A DNA stretch of 32,000 bases from Candidatus Saccharimonadota bacterium (GTDB lineage: Archaea > Nanobdellota > Nanobdellia > Pacearchaeales > GW2011-AR1), in assembly GCA_049511795.1 (NCBI GenBank), contig JBEKXS010000001.1, forward strand, positions 240,001 through 272,000, given 5' to 3'. Both the position numbers and the translations under genes were made by a program. Below are positions 5,588-13,993 of this stretch, one piece after another. The first letter of the stretch is position 1. The number at the start of each line of letters is the position of its first letter. Under the pieces are notes generated by a model. The model saw nothing but the letters and a program-made list of their open reading frames with translations, had not been told where the DNA came from and searched no databases.

Positions 5588-6673
5588 TCATTCAAAAAAT
5601 TCTATGCCCAACTCTTCCTCAATTTCACCGTGCTTGATTGTTTCCATAGTTTCTCCAGAGCCCATAATCTGGGAACTTTTAACGCCTGTAACTATGAGAA
5701 GAACACGGATTGATTTTTCCATGTCAGGAGAAATTTGTGCACCCCAAATTAATTTTGCTTCTGGATTTAGTTTTGTTCCTATTGATTCAATGATAACTTT
5801 GCATTCGTCAAGAGTCATTTCAGGGCCGCCAATTATATTGACAAGGGAACCTGTTGCATTTGAAATATCAACATCTAAAAGAGGGTTGCTTATTGCTTTT
5901 TCAACAGCCTCAATTGCCCTGTTTGTGCTGTCTGATTCTCCCATACCAATAAGAGAAACGCCTCCATCAACCATTACTGCTTTTACATCTGCAAAATCAA
6001 GATTTACAAGCCCTGCTGTTGTTACAAGTTCTGTAACTCCCTTTACAGCATTTGTCAAAATTTCATCAGCGATTTTGAAAGCCGTGTGAAGCGGCAAATC
6101 AGGCGCAAGTTCCAGAAGTTTGTCATTAGGAATAACTATCAAAGTATCGACGACAGATTCCAGCTTGTCAAGTCCATTCATTGCGTTCTCAATTCTTTTT
6201 TTACCTTCTATAGTAAAAGGCAATGTTACAACACCAATAACTAATGCTCCCTGCTTCCTTGCAAGAGATGCAACAACAGGGGCTGCTCCTGTTCCTGTTC
6301 CTCCGCCCAAACCGCATGTAATGAAAATCATATCGCTGCCTGCAATTTTTTTCTTTATTTCTGATTCTGATTCTTTTGCAGCTTCTTCTCCGACTTTTGG
6401 ATTGCTTCCTGCTCCAAGACCCTGCGTTAATTCACGACCAATGAGAATTTTCTGGTCAGCTGTACTGTATAAAAGGTCCTGAGCATCTGTATTTATTGCA
6501 ATTAATTCTCCTCCTTTAATTCCGATTTCCTTCATCCTACTTAATGAATTTCCTCCTCCTCCACCAACACCTATTACTTTTATTTTTGCAGCTTGCTTCT
6601 TAATAAGCTCTTCAAGTTCCTTGTCAATCTCTTTTACATCAGAAGTAAGATCTGTTTCATAAACATCTGCCAT
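5588..6673 (-). CDS. ftsZ: Cell division GTPase FtsZ
   Basis: 361 aa with the tubulin signatures VIGVGGGGGN and GLGGGTGTGAAPV. Confidence 0.95.
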   Translation of the reverse strand: MADVYETDLTSDVKEIDKELEELIKKQAAKIKVIGVGGGGGNSLSRMKEIGIKGGELIAINTDAQDLLYSTADQKILIGRELTQGLGAGSNPKVGEEAAKESESEIKKKIAGSDMIFITCGLGGGTGTGAAPVVASLARKQGALVIGVVTLPFTIEGKKRIENAMNGLDKLESVVDTLIVIPNDKLLELAPDLPLHTAFKIADEILTNAVKGVTELVTTAGLVNLDFADVKAVMVDGGVSLIGMGESDSTNRAIEAVEKAISNPLLDVDISNATGSLVNIIGGPEMTLDECKVIIESIGTKLNPEAKLIWGAQISPDMEKSIRVLLIVTGVKSSQIMGSGETMETIKHGEIEEELGIEFFE

Positions 6674-6690
6674 AGAGGATAGAAAAGGGC

Positions 6691-6704
6691 TTTATTTATA
6701 AAAA
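6691..6704 (-). promoter_or_regulatory. Putative TATA box for ftsZ
   Basis: The reverse strand reads TTTTTATAAATAAA about 25 nt upstream of the ATG. Confidence 0.3.
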
Positions 6705-6716
6705 TTGTTGTGGTTT

Positions 6717-7397
6717 TTAATCAGTCTTTTTATCAGATATATCTGATGTTTTTTCAGATTTTTCTGTTTCCAAAACTTCCAAATCAAGACCAAGAATTTC
6801 CTCAAATTTTTCTTTGAACATTTCAATGAAGCTTTTCATGCCTTTTTCAACCTTAAGAATGAGCGCTTTATCTTTTATTTCAAAATCAAAATCTCTTTTG
6901 AACAAAAAATCATTCAGCGCTCTTACTTTTTCATTAATATCTGTAACTTTTCTTTTTACCTCTATTTTGTATACAACATCCTTGCCTGAAAGAGGGTTAT
7001 TGAAATCTATCATGACTCTTCCTCCTGAAACGGTTAGTGTTTTTCCAACCCTGCCGTCAAAATTCAGCAAACCGCCAGGCACAGGATTTACCTGATGATC
7101 CCTAAACATTTTAAGTGGAACCATTTGCACTAAAGAAGGGTTTCTTTTTCCAAAAGCTTGTTCTGGTTTTAACTCAAGTTCATATTTTCCAATATCTTTT
7201 CCTATAAGAAAATCATCTATTGATTTCAGAAACATTCCTTCCCCTAATGCAAAGACAAATGGTCTTACTTCAATTGGATGGTCGTGGCCTTCGTGGAGCT
7301 TTTCAAGGTCTTCTTTGATTGTTGAGTCAAAAACTTCTCCACCCTTGACTTTTCCTGTAAAATCTATTTCAATAAAGTCTTTTTTGTTAAGTGTCAT
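6717..7397 (-). CDS. FKBP-type peptidyl-prolyl cis-trans isomerase (long archaeal type with IF domain)
   Basis: IDFTGKVKGGEVFDST is followed by an insert-in-flap region, then VMIDFNNPLSGKDVVYKIEV and a C-terminal helical domain. Confidence 0.8.
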   Translation of the reverse strand: MTLNKKDFIEIDFTGKVKGGEVFDSTIKEDLEKLHEGHDHPIEVRPFVFALGEGMFLKSIDDFLIGKDIGKYELELKPEQAFGKRNPSLVQMVPLKMFRDHQVNPVPGGLLNFDGRVGKTLTVSGGRVMIDFNNPLSGKDVVYKIEVKRKVTDINEKVRALNDFLFKRDFDFEIKDKALILKVEKGMKSFIEMFKEKFEEILGLDLEVLETEKSEKTSDISDKKTD

Positions 7398-7417
7398 TAG
7401 AGAAAAATTGATGGCGA

Positions 7418-7429
7418 GTTTTTAAAACT
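7418..7429 (-). promoter_or_regulatory. Putative TATA box for the FKBP gene
   Basis: The reverse strand reads GTTTTAAAAACT about 25-30 nt upstream of the ATG. Confidence 0.3.
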
Positions 7430-7458
7430 TGTCCTGCAAACTTTAAGTTTATCAAAAA

Positions 7459-7469
7459 CCTTTTTAAAC
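7459..7469 (+). promoter_or_regulatory. Putative TATA box for aIF5A-eL40-S2P
   Basis: CCTTTTTAAAC lies about 25 nt upstream of the ATG at 7490. Confidence 0.3.
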
Positions 7470-7489
7470 GCATTTTCTCTTCTTTAAAC

Positions 7490-7879
7490 ATGGTCTTAAA
7501 AATTATTAATGCACATGATGCAAAACCTGGCACAAATCTCATAATTGACGGGGCTGTTTACACTGTAAAAAAAATCGATATAAGCAAAACCGGAAAACAT
7601 GGAGCATCTAAATGCAGAATAGAGTTGGAGCACATAGTTTCCGGACAAAAGAAAATAGTTGCTGTTCCTGGACATGAAAGATTTGATGTTCCTATGATTG
7701 ACAAAAGAAAGGGGCAGGTTCTTTCTGTTAATGATAACAAGGCAAGTGTCATGGATATGGAAAGTTTTGAAACACTTGACATGGAAGTTCCTGAAGAATT
7801 AAAAGCAGATATTGAACCAAATTCAAATGTCGAATACTGGGATATTGAAGGATTGAAAGTAATCAAAAGGAAAATTTAA
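7490..7879 (+). CDS. eif5a: Translation initiation factor 5A (aIF5A)
   Basis: 129 aa. The hypusination loop ISKTGKHGASK is present. Confidence 0.9.
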   Translation: MVLKIINAHDAKPGTNLIIDGAVYTVKKIDISKTGKHGASKCRIELEHIVSGQKKIVAVPGHERFDVPMIDKRKGQVLSVNDNKASVMDMESFETLDMEVPEELKADIEPNSNVEYWDIEGLKVIKRKI

Positions 7880-7900
7880 ATTAATTAATAAAAATAAAAA

Positions 7901-8062
7901 ATGGCAAAAATACCTGAAGCAACAACAAGACTTTTCAAGAATGTCTTTGTATGCAAAAATTGTCAAACCAAAATCAGGGCAGACCCCCAAAAAATAATGA
8001 GAGGAAAAGTAAGGTGCAGAAAATGCGGAAAGAAAGCTTTTAGGCCCATAAATAGGAAGTAA
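7901..8062 (+). CDS. rpl40e: Ribosomal protein eL40
   Basis: Not in the ORF track. Hand translation gives 53 aa: MAKIPEATTRLFKNVFVCKNCQTKIRADPQKIMRGKVRCRKCGKKAFRPINRK. It has the CxxC...CxxC pattern of archaeal L40e. Confidence 0.8.
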   Translation: MAKIPEATTRLFKNVFVCKNCQTKIRADPQKIMRGKVRCRKCGKKAFRPINRK

Positions 8063-8063
8063 A

Positions 8064-9494
8064 ATGAGTTTTATTGTGTATGATTTAATTTTTCTTGTCT
8101 TATTCCTAATATTTTTTTCAGTATTTCTTTACACAAGAAGAAAAAATCTGAAAAAGGACGGGCTTTTGTTTTTATACAGAAGCAAATGGGGAATAAATCT
8201 TATAAATTCAATAGGAAAGAAAAACAAAAAAACGCTTAAATTTCTTAGTTATGTTTCCATAATTTGCGGCTATTTGCTTATGATTGGAGCCTTGTATTTG
8301 GTTTATGGTGTTGTGAAAATTTATATTTTTGAGCCTGCAATTGTCAGGGCAGTGAAAGTTTTTCCTTTAATTCCTTTGTTTCCTTACCTTCCCCAAGTAT
8401 TCAACCTTAAATTTCTTCCTCCATTTTATTTCACTTACTGGATAATAATAATTGCAGTAGTTGCAATAACTCATGAGATGGCACATGGAATTCTTATGAG
8501 GAGATACAATGTTAAGATAAAATCAACAGGATTTGCATTCTTTCCTTACTTCTTTCCCGTTTTCCCTGCGGCATTTGTAGAGCAGGATGAAAAAAGTATG
8601 GAGAAGTCAACGAAATTTCATCAGCTGTCAATTCTCTCTGCAGGAACTTTTGCAAATTTAATAACAACATTTGTCTTCTTGGTAATTCTTATAGGATTTT
8701 TTTCATTGGCTTTTGCTCCAGCAGGAATTGTTTATGATACTTATGCAACAGCCGCAATACCAATCTCCGGAATTTCAATGGTGAATGGAATGAATGTAAG
8801 CAATCTTTCATACAACCAGCTTTTGAGTTCTACAACAAGCAGTGGATTTACCAATATAACTTTAGGTAATATGACCTATCTTACAACTAAAAGCACATTA
8901 GAATCACAGGCAAATAATAATGGCTTTGCTATTGTTTATTACAATTCTCCTGCAATAAAAGATAATTTGAGCAGTATAATTACTGAAATAAATGGCGTAA
9001 ATGTAAATAGCGTTCAAAAGCTGCAGACAGAACTGTCAAAATATAAACCAGGAGAAAACATAACTATTACTGAATTGATAGACAATGGAACGCTAAATAA
9101 ATTGGTTACTCTTGAACCTAGACCAGACAATCAAAATGTTTCATGGCTTGGAATAGGATTTTTTAGCAATCAGCCAAGCAATTTTGGGCAAGAAGTAGTG
9201 GGCTGGTTTTCGTCTTTCAGAGCCCCAAATGTTTATTATCAGCCATTATTAAGCAGCGATATAAACACATTCATTTACAATCTTCTTTTGTGGGTTATAA
9301 TAATAAGCATAAGTGTCGCATTCATTAACATGCTTCCTGTAGGAATTTTTGACGGTGGAAGATTCTTTTATCTGACTGTGCTAGGAATAACTGGAAATGA
9401 AAACATTGCAAAGAAAGCATTCAAATTCACAACATATCTTTTCTTGTTTATTCTTCTTGTAGTAGTTATATTCTGGTTTATTAACACTTATTAG
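8064..9494 (+). CDS. Site-2 protease family (M50) membrane metalloprotease with inserted PDZ-like ectodomain
   Basis: It has HEMAHG (HExxH) in a TM segment and the second M50 motif NMLPVGIFDGG near the C-terminus. A PDZ-like segment (ITEINGVNVNSVQKLQ) lies between them. Confidence 0.8.
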   Translation: MSFIVYDLIFLVLFLIFFSVFLYTRRKNLKKDGLLFLYRSKWGINLINSIGKKNKKTLKFLSYVSIICGYLLMIGALYLVYGVVKIYIFEPAIVRAVKVFPLIPLFPYLPQVFNLKFLPPFYFTYWIIIIAVVAITHEMAHGILMRRYNVKIKSTGFAFFPYFFPVFPAAFVEQDEKSMEKSTKFHQLSILSAGTFANLITTFVFLVILIGFFSLAFAPAGIVYDTYATAAIPISGISMVNGMNVSNLSYNQLLSSTTSSGFTNITLGNMTYLTTKSTLESQANNNGFAIVYYNSPAIKDNLSSIITEINGVNVNSVQKLQTELSKYKPGENITITELIDNGTLNKLVTLEPRPDNQNVSWLGIGFFSNQPSNFGQEVVGWFSSFRAPNVYYQPLLSSDINTFIYNLLLWVIIISISVAFINMLPVGIFDGGRFFYLTVLGITGNENIAKKAFKFTTYLFLFILLVVVIFWFINTY

Positions 9495-9496
9495 AA

Positions 9497-9853
9497 TTAC
9501 AAATCAACAATTCCTTCTTTTGTCAATGCTGCAAATCTTATACCAACTGGAAGATTTATGAGTGCAGAAATCAAAGCCATATGCTCTTTTCCTTCGCCAG
9601 AAGCAATGCTCAATGCAACTTCTGTCCCTCTTATCTTTCCTGTGAGCTTCTGCTTGAACTCATCGCGAAGTTCAACAAGCTTTTTGTCCAAATCCACAAG
9701 AACAAATTCAAATTTTTTCTCAGAAGTGAATTTTCTTGCAAATTCATTGCCGACAACAATTATGCTATCCCAATCTCCGTGCTTAATCAATCCAGAAACC
9801 TGGGCCCATGACCCTTTTCCAGTTGAAAGCAATGCAAGAAGTTCCATTAACAA
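9497..9853 (-). CDS. Hypothetical protein (small alpha/beta-looking)
   Basis: 118-aa ORF with normal composition and no overlap with other genes. No family was recognised. Confidence 0.5.
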   Translation of the reverse strand: MLMELLALLSTGKGSWAQVSGLIKHGDWDSIIVVGNEFARKFTSEKKFEFVLVDLDKKLVELRDEFKQKLTGKIRGTEVALSIASGEGKEHMALISALINLPVGIRFAALTKEGIVDL

Positions 9854-9907
9854 AAAGAATTATTTTTGTTTATAAGTATTATTGTGGTTATTTTCATTGG
9901 CTCTGAT

Positions 9908-9920
9908 AAAGTTTATAAAT
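9908..9920 (+). promoter_or_regulatory. Putative TATA box for the rpl1-rpl10-rpl12 operon
   Basis: AAAGTTTATAAAT lies about 95 nt upstream of the rpl1 ATG. That implies an unusually long leader. Confidence 0.3.
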
Positions 9921-10010
9921 GGAGTTTATTTCCTGATTTTGCCGATTGAACCATGTCGTTTGCACATATGTTCTATGGTGTAGGCGCGTAAAATGGGAGG
10001 CAAATAAGAA

Positions 10011-10649
10011 ATGGAACAGAAAGAAATAGAAAAAGAACTGGAAAATGCATTAGTTGAACTAAGAAAAAATGAAGAGAGAAAATTCAACCAGACAGTTGAC
10101 TTAATATTAAATCTACAGAAATTTGACCCAAAGAAAAACCAGATAAATATTTTTGTAAATGTTCCCTTCAGGATAAAGGACAAAAAAATCTGCGGTTTTT
10201 TCGAGACAAAGCAGAAATCTGTAGAAACAATAACTCCAAGCGATTTCAAGAGTTATTCTGAGAAAACTGCGTTGAAAAAGCTTGTCAAGAGGTTTGATTT
10301 CTTCATCGCACAGGCGAGCGTAATGCCAAAGGTTGCAAGCACATTCGGTAAAGTTCTTGGTCCTGCGGGAAAAATGCCATCACCCGCTATGGGAATATTA
10401 ATGGATGTTAGTGATAAAGAAATAGAGGAGATAAAGGAGAAAATAAGCAACAGCCTAAGAATAAGAATAAAAGAGCCAAGCGTAAAACTTGCAATAGGAA
10501 AGCAAAGCATGAAAGACAAGGAGATTATAGAAAATGTAATGACTGTTTACAATGCAGTTCTAAAGGTAATGCCAAAGGGAAATGACAACATGAGAAACAT
10601 AGAGATAAAATTCACAATGACTAAACCACAAAAGGTGAGGATAAAGTAA
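10011..10649 (+). CDS. rpl1: Ribosomal protein uL1
   Basis: 212 aa with a typical uL1 sequence (FNQTVDLILNL...FDFFIAQASVMPKV...LGPAGKMP). It heads the L1-L10-L12 operon. Confidence 0.9.
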   Translation: MEQKEIEKELENALVELRKNEERKFNQTVDLILNLQKFDPKKNQINIFVNVPFRIKDKKICGFFETKQKSVETITPSDFKSYSEKTALKKLVKRFDFFIAQASVMPKVASTFGKVLGPAGKMPSPAMGILMDVSDKEIEEIKEKISNSLRIRIKEPSVKLAIGKQSMKDKEIIENVMTVYNAVLKVMPKGNDNMRNIEIKFTMTKPQKVRIK

Positions 10650-10650
10650 A

Positions 10651-11502
10651 ATGGCAGCAAAAAAACCAAAAAGCACTGTGAATGACAAGACAGCGCACGT
10701 GTCTGAAAGAAAGAAAAATGTCGTTGCAGAGCTTTCAGATTTGATAAAAAACAAGAAAACAATACTTGTAGCTTCAATAAAAAACATTCCTTCTTCCCAA
10801 TACCAAGAAATCTCGAAAAAATTAAGGGGAAAAGCTGTTGTGAAGGTTCCTAAGAAGAATATAATTTTCATGGCTTTGGAAAAATCAGGAGTAAGCGGGC
10901 TGAAAGAATTGGAGAGCTACATAAAAGACAGTAGCGCAATACTTTTCTCAGACGAAGATTCTTTTGACCTAGCTGCAGAATTGATAAACAAAAAAAGCCC
11001 TGCAAAGGCAAAGTCGGGACAGGAAGCAATGTCTGACATTGAAATTCCGGAAGGACCTACTGACCTTATACCTGGACCTGCAATATCTGAGCTTGGCGCT
11101 CTTGGAATAAAAATCCAGATAGAAAAGGGAAAAATAACAATCAAAGAACCTAAAGTTATTGCAAAAACTGGAGAAAAAATATCTGCCGGAGCTGCAGACA
11201 TGCTAAACAAGCTTGGAATACTTCCTTTCTCAATAGGATTTGTTCCTGTAGCTGCATTTGATTTGAAAGAGAAAAAACTTTACTTGGAAATCAGAATAGA
11301 CAGGGAAAAAACAATTTCAGACTTGAAAACAGCTTTTTCAAAATCTCTTGTATTTGCAGTAAAAATTGCATATCCTAATAAAGAAACAATAAAATTCCTG
11401 ATTGCGAAAGCAGGAATGCAGGAAAGAGCAATTGAAAAACTCACACTCACACAAACTAAATCAGAAGAGGTTAATACTCAACAAAATTCTCAGGAGGTTT
11501 AA
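10651..11502 (+). CDS. rpl10: Ribosomal protein uL10 (P0), short form
   Basis: 283 aa with a uL10 N-terminal domain, sitting between rpl1 and rpl12. It ends ...NTQQNSQEV without the acidic/GLxALFG stalk tail. Confidence 0.85.
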   Translation: MAAKKPKSTVNDKTAHVSERKKNVVAELSDLIKNKKTILVASIKNIPSSQYQEISKKLRGKAVVKVPKKNIIFMALEKSGVSGLKELESYIKDSSAILFSDEDSFDLAAELINKKSPAKAKSGQEAMSDIEIPEGPTDLIPGPAISELGALGIKIQIEKGKITIKEPKVIAKTGEKISAGAADMLNKLGILPFSIGFVPVAAFDLKEKKLYLEIRIDREKTISDLKTAFSKSLVFAVKIAYPNKETIKFLIAKAGMQERAIEKLTLTQTKSEEVNTQQNSQEV

Positions 11503-11503
11503 A

Positions 11504-11794
11504 ATGGAGTATATATACGCAGCGCTTTTGTTGCACAAACTTGGGAAAGAAGTAAATGAAGCAAATCTGAAAAAAGTTATTTCTGCTTCAGGAATTGAGC
11601 CAGATGACTCAAAAGTTAAGTCCCTTGTTGCAAGCCTTAAAGGTGTCGACATAACAAAAGAGCTTGAAAATGCGGCTTTGGTTTCAGCAGCTCCTGCAGC
11701 AGGCAGTGGAGCAAAGGAAGAAAAGAAAGAAGAAAAGCCTAAAGAAGAACCTAAAGCAGCAGCTGCAGAAGGTCTCAGCGCGCTCTTCGGATAA
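11504..11794 (+). CDS. rpl12: Ribosomal stalk protein P1 (archaeal L12)
   Basis: [19 protein letters not shown]... followed by an Ala/Glu/Lys hinge and terminal GLSALFG. The start is set at the internal Met. GGAGG lies about 8 nt upstream. Confidence 0.9.
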   Translation: MEYIYAALLLHKLGKEVNEANLKKVISASGIEPDDSKVKSLVASLKGVDITKELENAALVSAAPAAGSGAKEEKKEEKPKEEPKAAAAEGLSALFG

Positions 11795-11802
11795 TTGATT
11801 AA

Positions 11803-11808
11803 TTTTTT
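11803..11808 (+). terminator. Oligo-T tract after rpl12
   Basis: A T6 run lies 9 nt after the stop codon. Confidence 0.25.
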
Positions 11809-11922
11809 ATTAATCTGAAGAGCTTTTCCTAGTTAGCAGAATATTTTAGTTTTAGTAAGAAGAGTTCTAATATAATTTAATGTTAATAATTAAGCCAGAT
11901 GATGCGAATAAGATTAAGAAGG

Positions 11923-11933
11923 CTTTTATACAT
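11923..11933 (+). promoter_or_regulatory. Putative TATA box for tRNA-Thr
   Basis: CTTTTATACAT lies about 25 nt upstream of the tRNA 5' end. Confidence 0.35.
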
Positions 11934-11953
11934 AAAACATTTTTGATAATAAT

Positions 11954-12025
11954 GCCTCAGTAGCTCAGTGGCAGAGCAATTGCTTCGTAAGCAATAGGTC
12001 GCAGGTTCAAATCCTGCCTGAGGCT
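11954..12025 (+). tRNA. tRNA-Thr (anticodon CGU)
   Basis: Hand-folded cloverleaf. The acceptor is GCCTCAG/CTGAGGC and the D arm GCTC-AGTGGCA-GAGC. The anticodon stem is ATTGC/GCAAT with loop TTCGTAA. The T arm is GCAGG-TTCAAAT-CCTGC. Confidence 0.85.
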
Positions 12026-12059
12026 TCTGAAAAAGATTTATAACTAATATTTGTTTTTT

Positions 12060-12734
12060 ATGAAGATGGAATTTGACAGTGTAGCAGGAGTGTTATCTTC
12101 AGTCAAAAACAGCACAATAGCAACTGGCGTAAATATTGTCTCAAATCCTGCTGGCTTGCTTGCATTTCTCCAAGCCAATGGGTATCTCATAATGATTGTC
12201 CTTATGATTATAGAAGGACCTATTGTAACTTATGTTGCTGCTTTCGCTGCATCCTTAGGCATATTCAATATATACTATGTTTTTATAATATCTTTTTTAG
12301 GCAATATGGCCAGTGATTTGATTGTTTTTTATATTGGAAGAATAGGAAAATGGTATGTAATTGACAAATATGTTTCCCACTGGTTAAAACAAAAAAGGAT
12401 TAAGAAAATAAAAAAATACCTTCATGAGAATCCTGGGAAAACAATAGCCGCAGTCAAGCTAACCCCCCCACTTCCAGTTCCTGGAATAATGCTTATCGGT
12501 GCCTCTGAATTGCCACTAAAAACCTTTGTAAAATATTCAGCAATTATAACATTATTTTACTCTTTATCTATGACTATTCTTGGTTTCTACTCTGGAATTT
12601 ATTTCAGTGCGATGCTAAAATATGTAAAAGATATCACATACCTCATAGGTGGATTTGTTCTGCTTGTAATCATAATTTATGTTCTGCTAAGAGATGCGTC
12701 AAGGGCTGTTGGTAAGAGAATAGAAAAGATTTAA
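12060..12734 (+). CDS. DedA/VTT-domain family membrane protein
   Basis: Multi-TM protein with the DedA-like core IIEGPIVTYVAAFAASLG...GNMASDLIVFYIGR. The first ATG at 12060 is preferred over the TTG at 12051. Confidence 0.65.
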   Translation: MKMEFDSVAGVLSSVKNSTIATGVNIVSNPAGLLAFLQANGYLIMIVLMIIEGPIVTYVAAFAASLGIFNIYYVFIISFLGNMASDLIVFYIGRIGKWYVIDKYVSHWLKQKRIKKIKKYLHENPGKTIAAVKLTPPLPVPGIMLIGASELPLKTFVKYSAIITLFYSLSMTILGFYSGIYFSAMLKYVKDITYLIGGFVLLVIIIYVLLRDASRAVGKRIEKI

Positions 12735-12743
12735 TTGAATATC

Positions 12744-13865
12744 ATGAGCAAAAAAATAAATTTTAAGGAATTTAGCATTGCAAGGGAAATATCTCCTTTA
12801 ATCAAGATAAGAATAAAGAAAATAGGAGGTTTTTTCTCTAAAAAACCAGAAATAAAATCAAAAAAGGTCCTTATTGTTGATACATGTATTATTGGGGATT
12901 TTTTGGCAACATTGCCCGCAATAAGAGAAATAGCAAAAAATCACAAAAATGTTGATTTAATCGTCTCTCCTCCTGTAAAATCACTTGCTGAAAGAATAAA
13001 TGGAATAGAAAATGTTTTTGTTGCAAAAACATCTTACAACAGAGAAATTGAAAATGGCGAAGATGGATTTTACAATTTACTAAAGGAATATGAAAAAATA
13101 GTCATACTGAGAATAAGTCCTGAATCATACAATCTGATAAAAAATATAAAGTTCTCTAATGTTATGGCAAGTGACTGGGTTTATTTTAAATATATATTCC
13201 ATATGGCAAAAAATATTTTTATCAGGAAGCCAATAAAGCAGTCAAGAGAAGTTATGTTTGAAATAATCAATGTAAAAAAAGACAGGAAAAAAATAGACAG
13301 AGAAATAAATCTTAGCCAGATGTTCAAATTCAAACAGTCAGATTACAAAAAAATTGAGAAAATACCTGAACTAAATCTGAGGGAAAAGAAAATACTTATC
13401 CATACAGGCTCCGGGTGGGAATCAAGGCTTTGGCAAAATGAAAAATGGGCTGAATTATTGGAAAAAATAAACAAAATTGGAAAGTTCAAGCTCATTTTTG
13501 TTGGAAGCGGAGAACAAGAAGAAAAATCTTTTGAACATATCAAGAAAATGGTTAGCTTCAAGATTTATTCTTTGATAGGAAAACTTGATTTGAAAGAACT
13601 TTTTTTGGTAATGAAAGAAAGTGATTATTTTATAGGGGCTGATAGCGGGCCAAGAAATCTAGCACATTTGGCAGACTTGAGAAGCATAAGTCTTAGAGGA
13701 CCAGGGCCCTATTTCATGCCATTGAACAAAAAAGATATTGTAATTGACAACTTAAATGGATTGTCTGCAATGCCTTTCTTCTCCAATAAAAACAATTCTG
13801 CCAGCAGCATTGGTGTTGATAAAGTTTTTATTGCCTTTAAGAAACTTCTGAGAAATAAAAGATAA
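12744..13865 (+). CDS. Glycosyltransferase family 9 (heptosyltransferase-like)
   Basis: The N-terminal VLIVDTCIIGDFLATLPAIREI and C-terminal FIGADSGPRNLAHLA motifs resemble the GT9 fold. The ATG at 12744 is preferred over the TTG at 12735. Confidence 0.6.
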   Translation: MSKKINFKEFSIAREISPLIKIRIKKIGGFFSKKPEIKSKKVLIVDTCIIGDFLATLPAIREIAKNHKNVDLIVSPPVKSLAERINGIENVFVAKTSYNREIENGEDGFYNLLKEYEKIVILRISPESYNLIKNIKFSNVMASDWVYFKYIFHMAKNIFIRKPIKQSREVMFEIINVKKDRKKIDREINLSQMFKFKQSDYKKIEKIPELNLREKKILIHTGSGWESRLWQNEKWAELLEKINKIGKFKLIFVGSGEQEEKSFEHIKKMVSFKIYSLIGKLDLKELFLVMKESDYFIGADSGPRNLAHLADLRSISLRGPGPYFMPLNKKDIVIDNLNGLSAMPFFSNKNNSASSIGVDKVFIAFKKLLRNKR

Positions 13866-13867
13866 AA

Positions 13868-13948
13868 CGCCCCCGCCAGGAATCGAACCTGGAGGCCCTT
13901 ACGGGCCCGGTTCTCAAGACCGGTGCAATACCATTATGCGACGGAGGC
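13868..13948 (-). tRNA. tRNA-Ser (anticodon UGA)
   Basis: Hand-folded. The acceptor is GCCTCCG/CGGGGGC. The anticodon stem is CCGGT/ACCGG with loop CTTGAGA. A long variable arm (GCCC-GTAA-GGGC) is present, and the T arm is CCAGG-TTCGATT-CCTGG. Confidence 0.85.
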
Positions 13949-13970
13949 TATTACTAATGAGAAACTGCTG

Positions 13971-13982
13971 TATTTTAAAAGC
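13971..13982 (-). promoter_or_regulatory. Putative TATA box for tRNA-Ser
   Basis: The reverse strand reads GCTTTTAAAATA about 25-28 nt upstream of the tRNA 5' end. Confidence 0.35.
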
Positions 13983-13993
13983 TTATGCAAGAA

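Noticed and set aside
11402-11503. N-terminal 34-aa extension of the P1/L12 ORF
   Set aside because: It lies out of frame inside the uL10 coding region. The conserved P1 N-terminus ([10 protein letters not shown]) starts at 11504 with GGAGG upstream.
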